Origin: Chiloscyllium plagiosum
Taxonomy: Eukaryota
Assembly (NCBI RefSeq): GCF_004010195.1
Contig: NC_057719.1
Span: 45,147,971-45,211,970 of the forward strand
Direction of reading: 5' to 3'
DNA length: 64,000 nt
Shown here in pieces: positions 49,244 through 62,650 of the stretch (within the stretch, counting starts at the first letter, position 1; the number at the start of each line of letters is the position of its first letter). Under the pieces are notes generated by a model that worked only from the letters and a program-made list of their open reading frames with translations, made no database searches and was not told where the DNA came from. Both the position numbers and the translations under genes were made by a program.

Positions 49244-52200
49244 GTAAGCATACTGGGCTTCATTAGTGTCCTTTAAGGTGTTCCTTAGTGACTTGCATAA
49301 AGTAAATTTTTGCCCTAGTAAAGCAAACATTTAATGACTACTGTATTGATTTCCCTGCTTTGTAAATACATCTCATTATATAAATTGCGAAAAATTGCAA
49401 GTAATAGAATTGAAATCAGCAGAGAATGCTGGAAGTATGTAACAAGTCAATAAAGATCTGTGAAGAAAATACTGTAATTTTTAGGTTTTAGAAATTTTAT
49501 CAGCATCTTATGAAATATGAGTTAGCGAAGAAACAATTTATTTTCTTGTTACTTTAATTGACTCAGTGATCAGCAAACTGCTGCATGGAAAACTTAGCGA
49601 ATGTCATGTTAGACATTAGAAATACAGTAAAACTAAAAATGTGTAAGCAGTTGGCAAGTATAAAAGAAACTAGAATGTATAAAATATACTGGAAAGCTTC
49701 ACTTAAAAATTGGAGAATGAAGGTAATGTGCATGCAGGAGTTCTGAATTAATAGTGGAAAAGGCTAAAACATAGTTGGCCTGCTAGTCCCAAAAAAAAGC
49801 CGAATAGATCACCATTTCTCAGGCAAGAGGCAAGGTTGCAAAGGTGGAACCTTCAAGATAACCTTGGCCGATATGGGAATTGATCCCGCGCTGATGCCGT
49901 TACTCTGTGTTGCAAATCTGCCCTTCCAGCCAACTGAGTTAACTCTCCCCTCAGTAACAGATGATTGGAACAGCAGTCCAATAACTTAGAAACAACGGAG
50001 AGTTTTGAAGGAGGTGTTGATGCTGAGGTAAAGATGTAGGTGGTTAGCAAACAATCTAAAGCTGATGCAACATTTTCAGGTTTTACTGCTAAGGGACAAC
50101 ATGTACAAGAGAAATAGGGAGTGATGGTTGGATCTTTGGGTGACACAGGAGATAATAGCATGGAAGTAGGAAGAAAACTATTGCAGGTCATTTTTTGACT
50201 TCAGCTTTATAGAAAAGAATGGAACTAGGCGAATGCAAACCAATCCAGCTGCAAGATGGAAAAGCATCGGGGAGGTTGGTGTGACCAACGATATGAAAGG
50301 TTGCTGACAGGTGGAGAAGGCATATTTTACCTGATTTACACTGAGAGGATGTCATTTGTGAGTTTGAGCCATTTCAGTGCTGTGAAATGTATGCAAACAT
50401 AATGAAATTTATTCACATATAGAGGTGTTATAAGATTCTTGTGACACTGGTAGTGCCCCTTCATGAGTCAGGAGGCCTAGATTCAAGTTCCACTTGCTTC
50501 ATGTCCCATCCCCTCTGAGCAAGTTGATTAGACAGTATTCAAATATTGGGTTGTGTGAGAGATGGACACAGGTGTGGAAGACACTACTATGTTCATGGAC
50601 TTAGGAAAGGTAAGGGAAGTTGGGGATAGGGGATTAGTTATCCATGGAGAAGGTTTTGTACGTTGAGGACTGCTTTGATGATGGCAGAAAGGAAGCTGGA
50701 AGGCACTCTCTGAGAAAGAATGGTAAACTTTATCTCTTGACATAAGAACCAGGAATAGAAGCTTTGTGGGCAACAGTTTAATAGTAAGTGGGTCAAGGGT
50801 GTAGCAAGTGTGGCTTCATGAATAAGATATGCTGGGAAAGAGCACAAAGTAGAATGAACTAAGAGAAATAAGTTCAGCGAAGGCAGTGGCAATCATTGAG
50901 GGAAACTTGGCTCAGTGAGCTAGGGCAACGAAAGAATTAGCAGCTGATAGGTTGGTCTCAAATTGGTAACAACAGAGTCCACAACCACCTTCACATTGGT
51001 GATGTTGGAGGAAGGAAGTGGGCTTTAAGAAATAGAGGAAAAAAAAAGGATACTTATTTTAGGTTTTAGGTTGACTTGTATACTGTGCAATGTTGGCAGC
51101 TGAGAAAGGGATCTGGTGATGCTTTGTATGGTCTAGCCAGATTCGATGGCTAAACTAGTTGTGTTGAAATGAATTGGAAGGGTGTTTATTGAGATGGACA
51201 TTGGAAGTAGAGAGGATGAAGGGGATTGTGGATGGAGAACAACACAAAGTGTGATCAGCAATGGCTGGACCCATGATTAAAACTGAGGTAAGCAAGGCCA
51301 GGGTCAGGAATGTGGCTATGAATAATAAGGAAGCTTGAATGGAGGGAGAAAGGAGGGTAACAACTTGAGAGAGAACTTGGTGAATTGAAATAGAAGTTGA
51401 AACCACTGAGGATAAGAAGTAACTTGGTGCTGAGGCTGTGGGAAGAAAACAGTGCGCATTTCTGATGAGAAAATATTTATGGTGCTTGATATATTCATTG
51501 TGTTCTGTAATGTGTTACTGATGCAGATCTTCTGGGTGAACCTCAAGAGTTAAGTGTTGGCGGCAATACAAATTACTTGGTTAGAGCCAGTGCATAAGAT
51601 GGCTGTTTCGATTCTATTTCTCATTCATTCTTGCTGTTCTGCCTTGTGTTGCAGCTGGTACTACTATCATTCAACTTTGAAGGCCTTGGGTTAATGTTCA
51701 TTCCTCACATTTGCTGCTGCAGCTATCCTATTTGTGAACAAAAAGAACAATGAAAAATGGCAGTGCTGAATATGCGTATAAAATAATTTAGTAACTAGTA
51801 TTCCAAGGGCCACTCCTGGGATAGCAAATGCAAATAATTGTGCACTTTTCAAAGTACCAGTTGAAATAGCACTTTTTCAAATGTACTTGTGCCCATATTT
51901 TGAAGCAAGTGTATTAGGAGAAATTTTCTTGTAGAAAGAAAAATATTTTGTTTAGCACCTGTAAGGTGTACGCTTTTACTGAGATTTAATCTTGGTTAGA
52001 ACATCATTTGATTTTAGCTGACTATTGTATCTATACTTTTACTATGGTCAATTAAAAATGCCTCAAGACATTGGATATTATTTAAAAAAACCAGATGTAA
52101 GCACTGAAATGCACAACTAATTTCTCAAACTGTAAACAATGGGGCTAATGTCTTCCCTGTGGAGTTATAAATGAAGCCAGTTTGTGAAATTGATTCCATA

Positions 52201-52358
52201 TGTTAAGCAATGAAATCTGTAGGTCTTATTGAACAGTATGATTTGCCTTGCAATGCAGATAAAATTATCTATAAGGAAATGCTTCTCAGTTGGATAAGAA
52301 ATTGTGTAATTCCTACAGTTGAACTTGGGATCAAAGGTGTTTTAAATTTTGATTTTAG

Positions 52359-52427
52359 GCCATTCGCATTTTGGTACAAGAACGATTAAGCCCAGAGGCC
52401 ATTGCAAAAGCAAACCGATCAAAGGAG
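52359..52427 (+). CDS. RTRAF: RTRAF exon 6: AIRILVQERLSPEAIAKANRSKE
   Basis: TTTTAG/GTAAA; 69 nt. Confidence 0.95.
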
Positions 52428-53113
52428 GTAAACAATGTTTTCTAAAACAGTTTGAGATTTAAATTATCAGTACATTGTTCTCTTTCAGACTTCAATTAGT
52501 ATTGTTGTTACAATTGAATAAAATATGGAATTCTGTGAATGTTTTATTACTCCAGTCTGGCTTGACATTTAAGGAGAAGGATTGATGGTTTAAAATAGAC
52601 TGAAAGGAAAGGATGTAACTCAGTACAAAGATCAAGCCAGAAAAGCAATGTTTGAGCTGGCCAACCGGTTTTCTTGTGAATACGTTTGTTAATAGATATA
52701 TATGCATTATACCACATGCTAGCAAGTTGTAGCAGGTCAAAGCCAGATCTAATATGTTAGAAGCATGGTTAGCCTTCGATGATGGAGGAACATGATAGGT
52801 TTTATAGCTTTCAAGAAGCTTGTGCTGCCCTGTAAAGAAAGCATATTATACGTATTTGCCTGGAATACCCAACATATGAAGAAAATAAATTAATTGATAT
52901 GCAATAAAATTTCCACAAAGTTTGTCCGCCTTTGAAATATGTTGTAATAATAAAATGAATGAAATGACAAGGTTCACTAGAGACCATCTCATTAAAATAA
53001 AAAAGTCAACCTGCTAAATGAAAAGAGCAGGAAAACTGCAGAAAAGGCTGTATATGGGGGTCTTTAAACTTGGATACACCTCATTGCTAAATTTGCCTAG
53101 CAGAAAGTTACTC

Positions 53114-53200
53114 CTGAAGAAGGGCTTATGCCCAAAACGTCGATTCTCCTGTTCCTTGGATGCTGCCTGACCTGCTGCACTTTTCCAGCAACACATTTTC
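53114..53200 (+). mobile_element. Short Penelope-derived element with degenerate hammerhead core
   Basis: CTGAAGAAGGGCTTATGCCCAAAACGTC; TSD AGCAGAAA(G/T)TTACTC at 53099-53113 and 53201-53215. Confidence 0.78.
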
Positions 53201-55349
53201 AGCAGAAATTTACTCTGGTCAAGTTACTATGAATGACTCATCCATGTAGTTTATCTTGTTACAATTGCCAGAGAACAACCTCTCAAAGTTCTTCGGTCAG
53301 AGTGATGGAAGAACAGCAATAATGGACCTATGCTTTTCTGATTAGAGGAAATTTCTTTCTATGTTTTCTTCGCACTTTACCCAATTTTTGCAGATTAGTC
53401 TACTTTGTCCCATATGACGTCAGCTCATTCAACTTTTATTCATATCTATCAAACAAAGCAGACAAATCTGTGGGGTGGCTCAGTGGGTTAGCATTGCTGC
53501 CTCTCAGCACAAGGGATCTTGGTTCGATTCCACCTATTTTCAATCAGCCTTTTCAGAAATAATATTGCATACCTCCAGAGCAGGTGGGACTTGAACCTGA
53601 GCTTCGTGGTTCAGGGGTAAAGACACTCTTACTGGAGCAAGTGTGTTAACAGATGATGAACAGCGGTGGGCAGATGGTGCTAGAATACAGATCAGCAATG
53701 ATGTAATGCAGTGGCAAAACAGGCTCAGGGCTGAGTGACAGCCATGTTTGTAAATCAACAATACCATCATAAATCTATTACATCCATTTCATTGACCCAG
53801 TGCTAAAGATACTCTAGACCTTTTTTTGAAATATGTGCAACTTTCAACTCCCCCTCAACTTTCTCAAGAGACATTTGTGTCCATGCTGTACGTAGTAACA
53901 TTTTTAAGATTTTTTTTATCAGCCGGTTGTGATCTGTTATTGACACACCTCTGAAGCAAGTGGGTCTAAAATCCTTCTAGCTCAGAGGTAGGGACACTGC
54001 CATTCTGCCATAAGAGACCTCCGTTTGCAGAGGATACTCTTGCTAGGAACCCCTTATTCTGTTGTTAAATGGCATTTTTTGGGTGTTTTGTATATTGCAA
54101 TTTATTAATCAATAATAATTGATAAAGTCTGGTCTCTGATTACCACTGATTTGCTTCTAATTAGTGTTTGATTTAAAACATTGATATTTGTGCCAAGGGG
54201 AGAAAATGCATGGAACTAGGATTGAGCAGAGAGCCCACCTGCTGGTAATAGAATGATTTCAGTCCTATTAAACTGACTGCCTCTACATACGTACTTTAGG
54301 ATTCTCATGGGTAACAGCAGCATATTCATAGTAATGTATTTAAACTCCTCCGGACTGATACCGTATCCTGAACCGCCAGTAAAAACATTTTCTGTCCAAA
54401 GATGCCAAGGATGCATCCTGGTCAATGTTAGACAATAGTGTTCTCAAACCCTCTCAGTTGATAACTATTCTCCTTCTAGCCCAATTAAGATCGTGCTACC
54501 TTCCTGTCCCCTAATTCGTGTAATATTATTCCTCTTTAGTACCACCCCAAAAAACATTTCCACCTTTTTCTATCTTTTCTCCCAAACCAACACTTCAGGT
54601 TACTTTTTCCCTTTCCCTCTCATCAAATCAACTACTTTTATCTAACCCTTTTATGATTATCAGTGTCCTGTTTGGGATCTTAATTTCTTTGATCCGATCT
54701 GAATCTAATGGCTAATGTAGTGGAACAGTTTCCCATCTGCTTTCGTTGCTATATCTATTGTTCTTGAGTTCCTGCCTATGCTGTAGAAAGCCACATCCTA
54801 GACATTAGCACTGGAAACTATATAGTGAACAGGCAGAAACCTGTCCTTATGCAATAACTACTTGATGAGAGGAACTGGTGAAGAACAGTGTGGTCCTAGC
54901 TGTGCAGACTTTTGTCAGCAAATGCATTCCAGATTCCCAAACATCCATTGTCAGCATGAAGCACTGCCAGCTGGCATGTTGCCAACTATTTTTCTGCCCT
55001 GCCCTGTGCTCTCAGATTAATTATCCTCAAATGTTAACTTTTATGTTTAAGAATCAACTCCGCTCTGAACATTAAGTTTAAAATGACTCTATCATACCAA
55101 TAGTTTTAAATTTTTTTTTACTGTTTATAGTTAATTAATGCTGTGTAGAATATTTATTTCTAATGAAGGATTGTGAAAATGCTGATCCATTGCTCTGCCC
55201 AGCCAACCATAAGTGAAGCAAGGAATCGATTCAGTTCTACCGGATGGCTGTGGTTCAGTCATACAATTTTTGCTAATACAATACAGCACAGGAACACTTC
55301 CTTTGGCTCACTAAGCCTGTGCTGATAAACAATTCTATTTATTTTTCAG

Positions 55350-55398
55350 GGCTTAACTGTATCTCTAGAAAAACATCTACTTGGTTTTGATACTGGAG
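55350..55398 (+). CDS. RTRAF: RTRAF exon 7: GLTVSLEKHLLGFDTG
   Basis: TTTTTCAG/GTAAG; 49 nt; LGFDTG conserved. Confidence 0.95.
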
Positions 55399-56739
55399 GT
55401 AAGTAGAATGACATTGAAATGCAAAATTTATAACCTCTGGTTTAACTGCATGCTGTAATTCCCATATGTAAATACCATTAACGCAGAGGAAGGCTATGTA
55501 GCTCATCACAGTGTTAGCTTGCTAATCCCATTCCCCAATTCTATCCCTGTAGCCCTACAAATATTTTTTTTAATTTTGCATGCCCACCATGCTTTTAAAT
55601 TAATTCTTTCCTTCCACACTCTTAAATCCCTCTTAACCAGGTATATGTACTTTGAATAAAAACTTTGTTTTTAAGTCCTTTGCAAATGTGTTTATGTTTT
55701 ACATACTGATATAGGTTTCAGCATGGCAATACATACTGCTTAGTGGCTGAGAATTCATTGAAACCTCTCTGTTCCCCATAGAACCCCTCATTACCTCTCG
55801 TAATCAATATAATAATTTTACCTTCCCTTGTACATATGGGCCCACTCACCCTGCGCATACACTTACACTTAGTCACTCAGCAGCTGAGCCTTAGGATACA
55901 CTATTTCTTGCACCCCTCAACTGAGACTTGAACCTTTGTGTATTTTGAATCCTTCTGGCTTGCATGACCATTTCACTTCTAATTGAAAAAAATTATTTAA
56001 GTTTTCTACTCTAGTTTAGTTCTATAAAATAATGGATTATTAAGAGACATTGATTTCGTTGCTTTTTAAAGGTGGCATAGGACTTGGTTTTTGAAAATGT
56101 ATAATGGGAACTTTTAAAAACCAAATGTATATATGGAAACCAAATTACTAGCATTGTACAGTCTTTCTGCAACACAATTCATGCCATGTCCCATTGCTTG
56201 AATTTAAAAATCCAAAATGCATTATAACGTTGCCTGAAAAGTGAATAATCACAATTTCAATGTTTCCATCCTTCGTGATTTTAAAATTTGTGTGTGTGTG
56301 TATAAATTTCAAAATTCTAAATAAATGCTTGTCTATTTTGCCGAATCTTGTTACTAGGTTATTACAGAATTTATTCCGTCTCGTTATTTTAATTTCTGGT
56401 TTCTACATTGACCAATGCTTTAAAAGATCAGGAATTATTTGACGTTAAATCTCTCCAACCTTTTCAATCAACACTGATGTTTAATGTTTCTGTGAGCAGT
56501 AATCGAAATGCCACATGTCTATCCTTTTTCCTTATTTTTCCCACTCATTCAACCACCAATTTAACATATTAAAATTTAGTGTGGTCTCAAGTTATGTAAA
56601 TACACTAGTTTGTTCAAAGGCTTACTAGCTGTACTTTTTTTTTAAAAAAAGTCTCCTCTACTGTAAGTATTTTTAACATTCAATCTTCTGTCCTAGCGAG
56701 AACCTACATTTTTTTTTAAGGAAACCTAAAAACTACAGG

Positions 56740-57380
56740 CTAGGAGTAGAAATAGGCCATGTGGCCCTCCAAGCTTGCTACATCATTTAGTAAGGTTCAT
56801 CGCTGATGTGTCTGAAGTGCATGTTCACATCTACCCCACTGCCTTTAATTTTTGTCAAACAAGACTATGTCTACCTCTGCCTTAGAAATATTTGATGACT
56901 TTCTTTGGCAGTGGGGTCTGAGGCAGTGTGTTCTAAGATCTCTTCACCCTTGAAAATTTATCCTCCCCTCTATACTGAAAACTGTCCCCAGAAGAGGAAA
57001 TATCCTTTCCACATTGCTGCCAGACCACTCAGGATCTCAGTCTTCAATCAAGTGACTTCTAACCTTTCTAAACTATAATGCAAGCAAGTCCAGCCTGTGC
57101 AGTCTTCTCTAATAAGACTATCCAATTATTCCAGGTATCCATCTAGTAAACCTCAGAATTGTTTCAAATTATTGGCAACCTCCTTCAAACAAGGGGACCA
57201 AAGCCAAACGCGGTATTCAAGATGTAGTCTCGCCCTATATAAATGAAGGATAGCATTCTTACTTTTCAGAAGGATTGCATTCCATTCTGCAGTAGTTCTC
57301 CATTTAAATAATACTGTTTTTATATTCTTCCTGCCAAAGTGTATAACTTCAGAATTTCCCACATTTTACTTCATCTGTCA
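56740..57380 (-). mobile_element. Old CR1 3' fragment
   Basis: EVIHFGRKN...LHLEYRVWLWSP. Confidence 0.7.
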
Positions 57381-58184
57381 GATTTATTGTCAGGTCAATC
57401 TTATGTTGGTCTGATTTTGCTTCCCATGTAATGTAAAGGGTTTGATTTATATATTTGAACATTTGAGTTTAGATTTTTAAATTTAAACGAGTGACATGGG
57501 TTTTCTGTGTTGAGTGAGTTTAATATTGATTAACCTCTGTAGCCATGGTGATTTATTTTTTAAATGTTGAGAGAAAGACTTTCTGAATATAACTGGTCTG
57601 GTTTACTATGTTCATTTGTAAATCTTTTCCCAATGTAAACAGTTGTGCATTAGGCTTAGTTTGAGAGGTCAGGAAATTTTTGTTTCCTTTTGATTAGGGA
57701 TGCGTTAATAGCTTGGGGAAATTCTTTTATTGTTTCAATTTAGGCAGTCATGGCTTAAGGTGGATGTGGAAAGCAATTGTTCCTGAGAAAGGGAGAAGAT
57801 AGTTAGAACTGTTAAAAAATAGATTGTAATGAGTTAGCAACAATACAGACCAGTTTGGTTAAAATCCTGAAGGTATTATTTGAAGATGAGATGGTTAAAC
57901 TCAGCTGTATGAAGGTTCTAGGAAGAGGCTATCAGATTTCTAAGACTAGGAATTGAAGCCATAGATAAGTTAAACCATATGTGGGACAGAGAAGGGAATT
58001 CTGAGTTCTAAAAGCATCAATGGGATTGTATTTTTACTGTTTTGAAATCTTTAAATATGTTTTATGTGAATTGTTTGGTTTATTCTAATTTAGCTTCATT
58101 TCTTTTGCGTAATAAATTGTTTTTTATTGTTAAAACCAAATCTGTGATATTGTGTGCTTCTGTTTCAGTGTAAGCACATGTTAA

Positions 58185-58735
58185 AGACCATAAGACATAG
58201 GAGTGGAAGTAAGGCCATTCGGCCCATCGAGTCCACTCCACCATTCAATCATGGCTGATGGGCATTTCAACTCCACTTACCCGCATTCTCCCCGTAGCCC
58301 TTAATTCCTTGTGACATCAAGAATTTATCAATTTCTGCCTTGAAGACATTTAGCGTCCCAGCCTCCACTGCACTCTGTGGCAATGAATTCCACAGGTCCA
58401 CCACTCTCTGGTCCGTGTGAATCTCCGCTGGACACGCTCCAGCGCCAGAATGTCCTTCCTGAGGTGTGGGGACCAAAACTGGACACAGTACTCCAAATGG
58501 GGCCTAACCAGAGCTTTATAAAGTCTCAGTAGCACACCAGTGCTTTTATATTCCAACCCTCTTGAGATAATTGACAACATTGCATTCGCTTTCTTAATCA
58601 CGGACTCAACCTGCATGTTTAACTTTAGAGAATCCTCAACGAGCACTCCCAGATCCCTCTGTACTTTGGCTTTACGAATTTTCTCACCGTTTAGAAAGTA
58701 GTCCATTCTTGTATTCTTTTTTCCAAAGTGCAAGA
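58185..58735 (-). mobile_element. CR1 3' fragment with internal deletion
   Basis: ILHFGKKN...LLRLYKALVRPHLEYCVQFWSPHLRKDILALERVQRRFTR; RVVDLWNSLPQ. Confidence 0.9.
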
Positions 58736-59151
58736 TTTCAATCTGGGATCTGTCTTTGTGTACATGGAAGAATGCAGCAAGGGCTCCCATACCTTTATGT
58801 AATAGTCATATCAGTTTTTCAACATTATTTAATTCTCGTGCCTTCAGGTAGCTACAAGGTCATAAACGTATAATTTAATTCAGTGTAAAATGTACTGACT
58901 TTTACATTATCCATCTGCATTTATCCTTTAAAGAAACTGATTCTAATTGGTCAGGTCCACATACTCTGAGGAATTTAAACCCTGGGATTAATTGGTCGAA
59001 CTTGCTATGTTAGTAACTTGATCCCATTCTGTAACAGTTACATCTGTTCCAGTTGTTTAACTTGACTTTTAAATTGCTTAATTCTGTTGCTGGTGAATTT
59101 GCCAGATTTTCATGATATTAGAAATAACTGTAATTGAATTGGTTTGAACAG

Positions 59152-59306
59152 ATGCCACCTTGAATGAGGCTGCAAGAGTCCTCCGGTTGCTGCATATAGA
59201 GGAACTACGAGATCTTCAGACCAAGATTAATGAAGCTATTGTAGCCGTTCAGTCAATAATAGCTGATCCCAAAACTGATCACAGGCTGGGAAAGGTTGGA
59301 AGATGA
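59152..59306 (+). CDS. RTRAF: RTRAF exon 8: DATLNEAARVLRLLHIEELRDLQTKINEAIVAVQSIIADPKTDHRLGKVGR*
   Basis: CAG acceptor; C-terminal DPKTDHRLGKVGR is diagnostic. Spliced CDS totals 729 nt = 242 aa + stop. Confidence 0.97.
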
Positions 59307-59439
59307 TTAAAAGGTGGAAATAGTTGGAACTTTGCACTGTTTGTAATCTGTATTTTGAAACTCAGAAATTGACAAAAGGAAATAACTTTTGATCCCACAT
59401 GGTTAGATAGTCCTATTGGCAAACTGTTCACGGAAGTGG

Positions 59440-59445
59440 AATAAA
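59440..59445 (+). other. RTRAF: Candidate RTRAF polyadenylation signal
   Basis: First AATAAA after the stop codon, followed by T-rich sequence. Confidence 0.55.
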
Positions 59446-62400
59446 TACTAAAACTTGAGAAATTAAAAATTTGTTTCTTGAATTTTATTGTTAAATTGGA
59501 ACAAAGTTACAACAGTGTGGTTACAAGAGTTTTGTCAAGTTAAACACATTCCAGGTAATGTACATGCTTCACAATAGGAAATAGCAAAAAGTACAAAATT
59601 AAACTGTTCAAGTTGTTAAAATTATTGTTAATGTGCAAGAAAAAAGTTTGCATGGAGAAAGCACTACAATGTATGATGTAAAATGAAACATTCAAAACAA
59701 GTTTGAGAGCAGGTTCATTTATTAAATGTTTGTCGATAGTAAAACCACAAGACCTTGTACTAATCAATATTTGTTAAATATTTTAGTGAATATTATAATT
59801 GGAAAAGCTGAATAATTTATACTATTTTCTGTAGTAACCTGCAGTGAATCCTAGTTCGAGCCAATTGAAAATGATAATGGTTATGGAAATGGCAGTTTTG
59901 CTGTCTCCACCTGGAGAAGCAGGTTAGAAATAAAAACAGGATTATTTTTAAAATGTTTAGTGTTTGAAAAGCACGATAGAATCACAAACTCTGTACTGTG
60001 GATTAATTAATGAAACAATTGAAGGGTCAGATTTTTTTTTTAAAACTTGTCTGCCAGTTCTTATTCAACTATTTAAACAGAAGAGGTGTTATACCAAATT
60101 ACCGAATACTAGTTAAATATTTTTGTGGCTTCAGTTTTTTGTCATGCTTTAAGAGTATTCAATAGCATTAGACACTTTGTAAACACTTTTTGTGTAACTG
60201 TAATATAGGATCAATAGTGCAGATTGGTGTCAGATTTTGCAAATAATGTCTACTCCCAGACAATTTTAGCAATTTTAAAACATGATTAAAGTGTTTAAGG
60301 TTTATAAATATTCTTTTATATTGTTTATTACCAATTCCTGGCTCGACAAAAGATTGAAGCTATCAACACTAACCAAAATTATGGAGTAAATGGGAGAGCT
60401 ACTTCTGGAATCTTCACTTATGCAATAAAACATCAAAGTCAGGAAATTCCTATTTGATTTGCCTTGCTCTCACTGCATCTCTCCAATACACTAATGAAAC
60501 ACAATGAAGTATGAAGTTGTAGTGCTTGCCCAATAGGCTGAAAAATGTTGACTGAATTTAATATAATTTGCACTACCTAGTTTATATTTTGTGCCTCATT
60601 AGGTGTTCTTCGATCTTTTGGAAGAGACAAGCTGTTGCTTGTCTTGCTTTTATAGCTATTGATCTCTTGGAGAGGGGTGCTACGTTGGTTTCACTACCTA
60701 TAATTGTAAAGTCCACTAAAAGTCTGGACAGCTTCAGTGTGATAAAGCAGGGTGAGCACTGTTCTTGCAATGACTAAATGTTACTTGGCAGAATACCTTT
60801 GTGATAAAATGTCAAATCTAGAATTCTGAATTGTTTAATAAGAATCAATTCCACATTACAAAAAAGTGCCTTGATTAAGCACAACTTATTTTTTAGAAGA
60901 TACTATTATTATTAAACTTCAACCCCCCCCCCCCCCCCCACCCAAACAATGTTTTAATAGCATTGTGGTTATTTTTAAAGCAATATTAAATACAAAATTG
61001 CTATATTGTTCTGTACCGAGACTCTTCCTAATCTAGTTTGGAAGCCTGATGCAAAATACTGTCATAATTTCCTGATGAGGAAAACAACTGGGTTATCCAG
61101 AGGTATTTCTTCCTGCCACACATGGCTTTGTTTGGAGCCCAGATCGAGGAAATTCTGCACGTCTGAAGTCCAGTTTGTGAACTCTTGTTTACTATTGTGT
61201 TACTGTAACTGAGCTCATCACCATCATGACTAGGTACCTTTTATGTAAGTCACTAATATTTACTTGTAACAGGAATACTGCAACAGAACAATATGCAGAA
61301 TAAATTTATGTGAGGCAAAACTCCACATTGGCATCATCAGCACTGAACCAGTTGACTGCTAAATAGGCTATTTAAAAACCACTCTTGTATTTGGGAAATG
61401 TATAATGATTGCATAGTAAGTCAATGTGTAAACACATTGGTGTGCCATCTTTAAGGGAAAAACATGTTTAATTTTGAGGTTGTTTTACAATATTCATGAT
61501 GTCCAATGATTTTTTAAATTTGTAGTTTGGCAATTTTTATTGCTGTTGAAAAGTAAGCTCAGGTCAAATATGATTTAATACGAGTAATACTGCAATAGTC
61601 TGACATGTCCACTGACATTTTGGGTTTTGCTTGTAATATATATCATACACCTGAATGTCTTGGGCTAGTCATAAATGATGTTGAGCAGATGTTGCTTTAC
61701 TGATGATACACAGGCATTTTACAATAAGAAAATCAGTATTGCTATACTTTTGTTCCAGACTAAATCATCTACTGTATCAGTCTTTAGTTCAACTTGTAAC
61801 ATCGCTTTCTGGTTAAAACAGTTTTGGTTAGAGAAATATTTTCAGTCTAAACAGGAACTAATTTTATTTTGTTGGACTATGGTACATTCATATCTGATTC
61901 TTCTATGTAGCTTGTCAAGGGTAACAATTGCAACAATATCTGACTGAATAACTGAATCTTGTTAAGTTTTAGACATCAATTCAGGATGTCAAATCTGAAA
62001 ATCACGATTGTTTAGTTGTTTGAAGCTGACTGTTAAATACTTCTGAAATAAGTGCAGTTACTTCTAGATGATGAGAAAGAAATTGAAACATTTTGCCAGC
62101 CTTTCGGAAAAGAATTCAGCCAGTCCTCAGGTTGTGAATGGGTTCCGTTCTGGAATCTGCTCACAAGTCGATTTGTATGCAAGTTGGAATGACTCGCAGG
62201 ATAGAGTAAAGCAGCTATTCGTAAGTACAGGAAATGTTTGTATGGTGCTGTATCACCTTCTGTTAAATCATCTCTGAAGTATTTTATTCCATAGTTTGTG
62301 CTTTTTCTTCACTGCATCATATACTTGATATGTGTCCATCACACAACTATTTATGCTTGTGTTCTTTAAATTTCAGAATAAGCGACCAGGTATTGACCAT

Positions 62401-62639
62401 GTATTCATACCAGTCACTGAGTCCACTAAAAACAAAAAGGCAGCACAGTAGTGTGTTCTTGAAAATCATGAGGTATGGAAGCTCTCTCAAAAAAAAATAT
62501 AGTTACCATGTAACATTTTCAGTTCCCTACTAACAATGGGAGGAAAAGTACAGACCAATCCATGCAGCATTGTGCTCCAATAGAGCTCTTCCTCCAGATG
62601 TAGTATGCTGAAATACAGTTGTCATTACCAGCACAATCA

Positions 62640-62650
62640 TTATTTGCTTC
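62640..62650 (-). CDS. NID2: Probable last coding exon of nidogen-2 ((G)-S-K-stop); 3'UTR extends leftwards
   Basis: Minus strand CTACCTTTTTTCCTCTCCTGGCAG|GA AGC AAA TAA, a strong acceptor. From recall, human NID2 ends ...CPTGRK and lies convergent to RTRAF. Only 11 nt, so the call rests on synteny. Confidence 0.45.

Noticed and set aside
50200..51600. Purine-rich stretch with short minus-strand ORFs
   Set aside because: Probably a very old LINE remnant; no motif clear enough to call.
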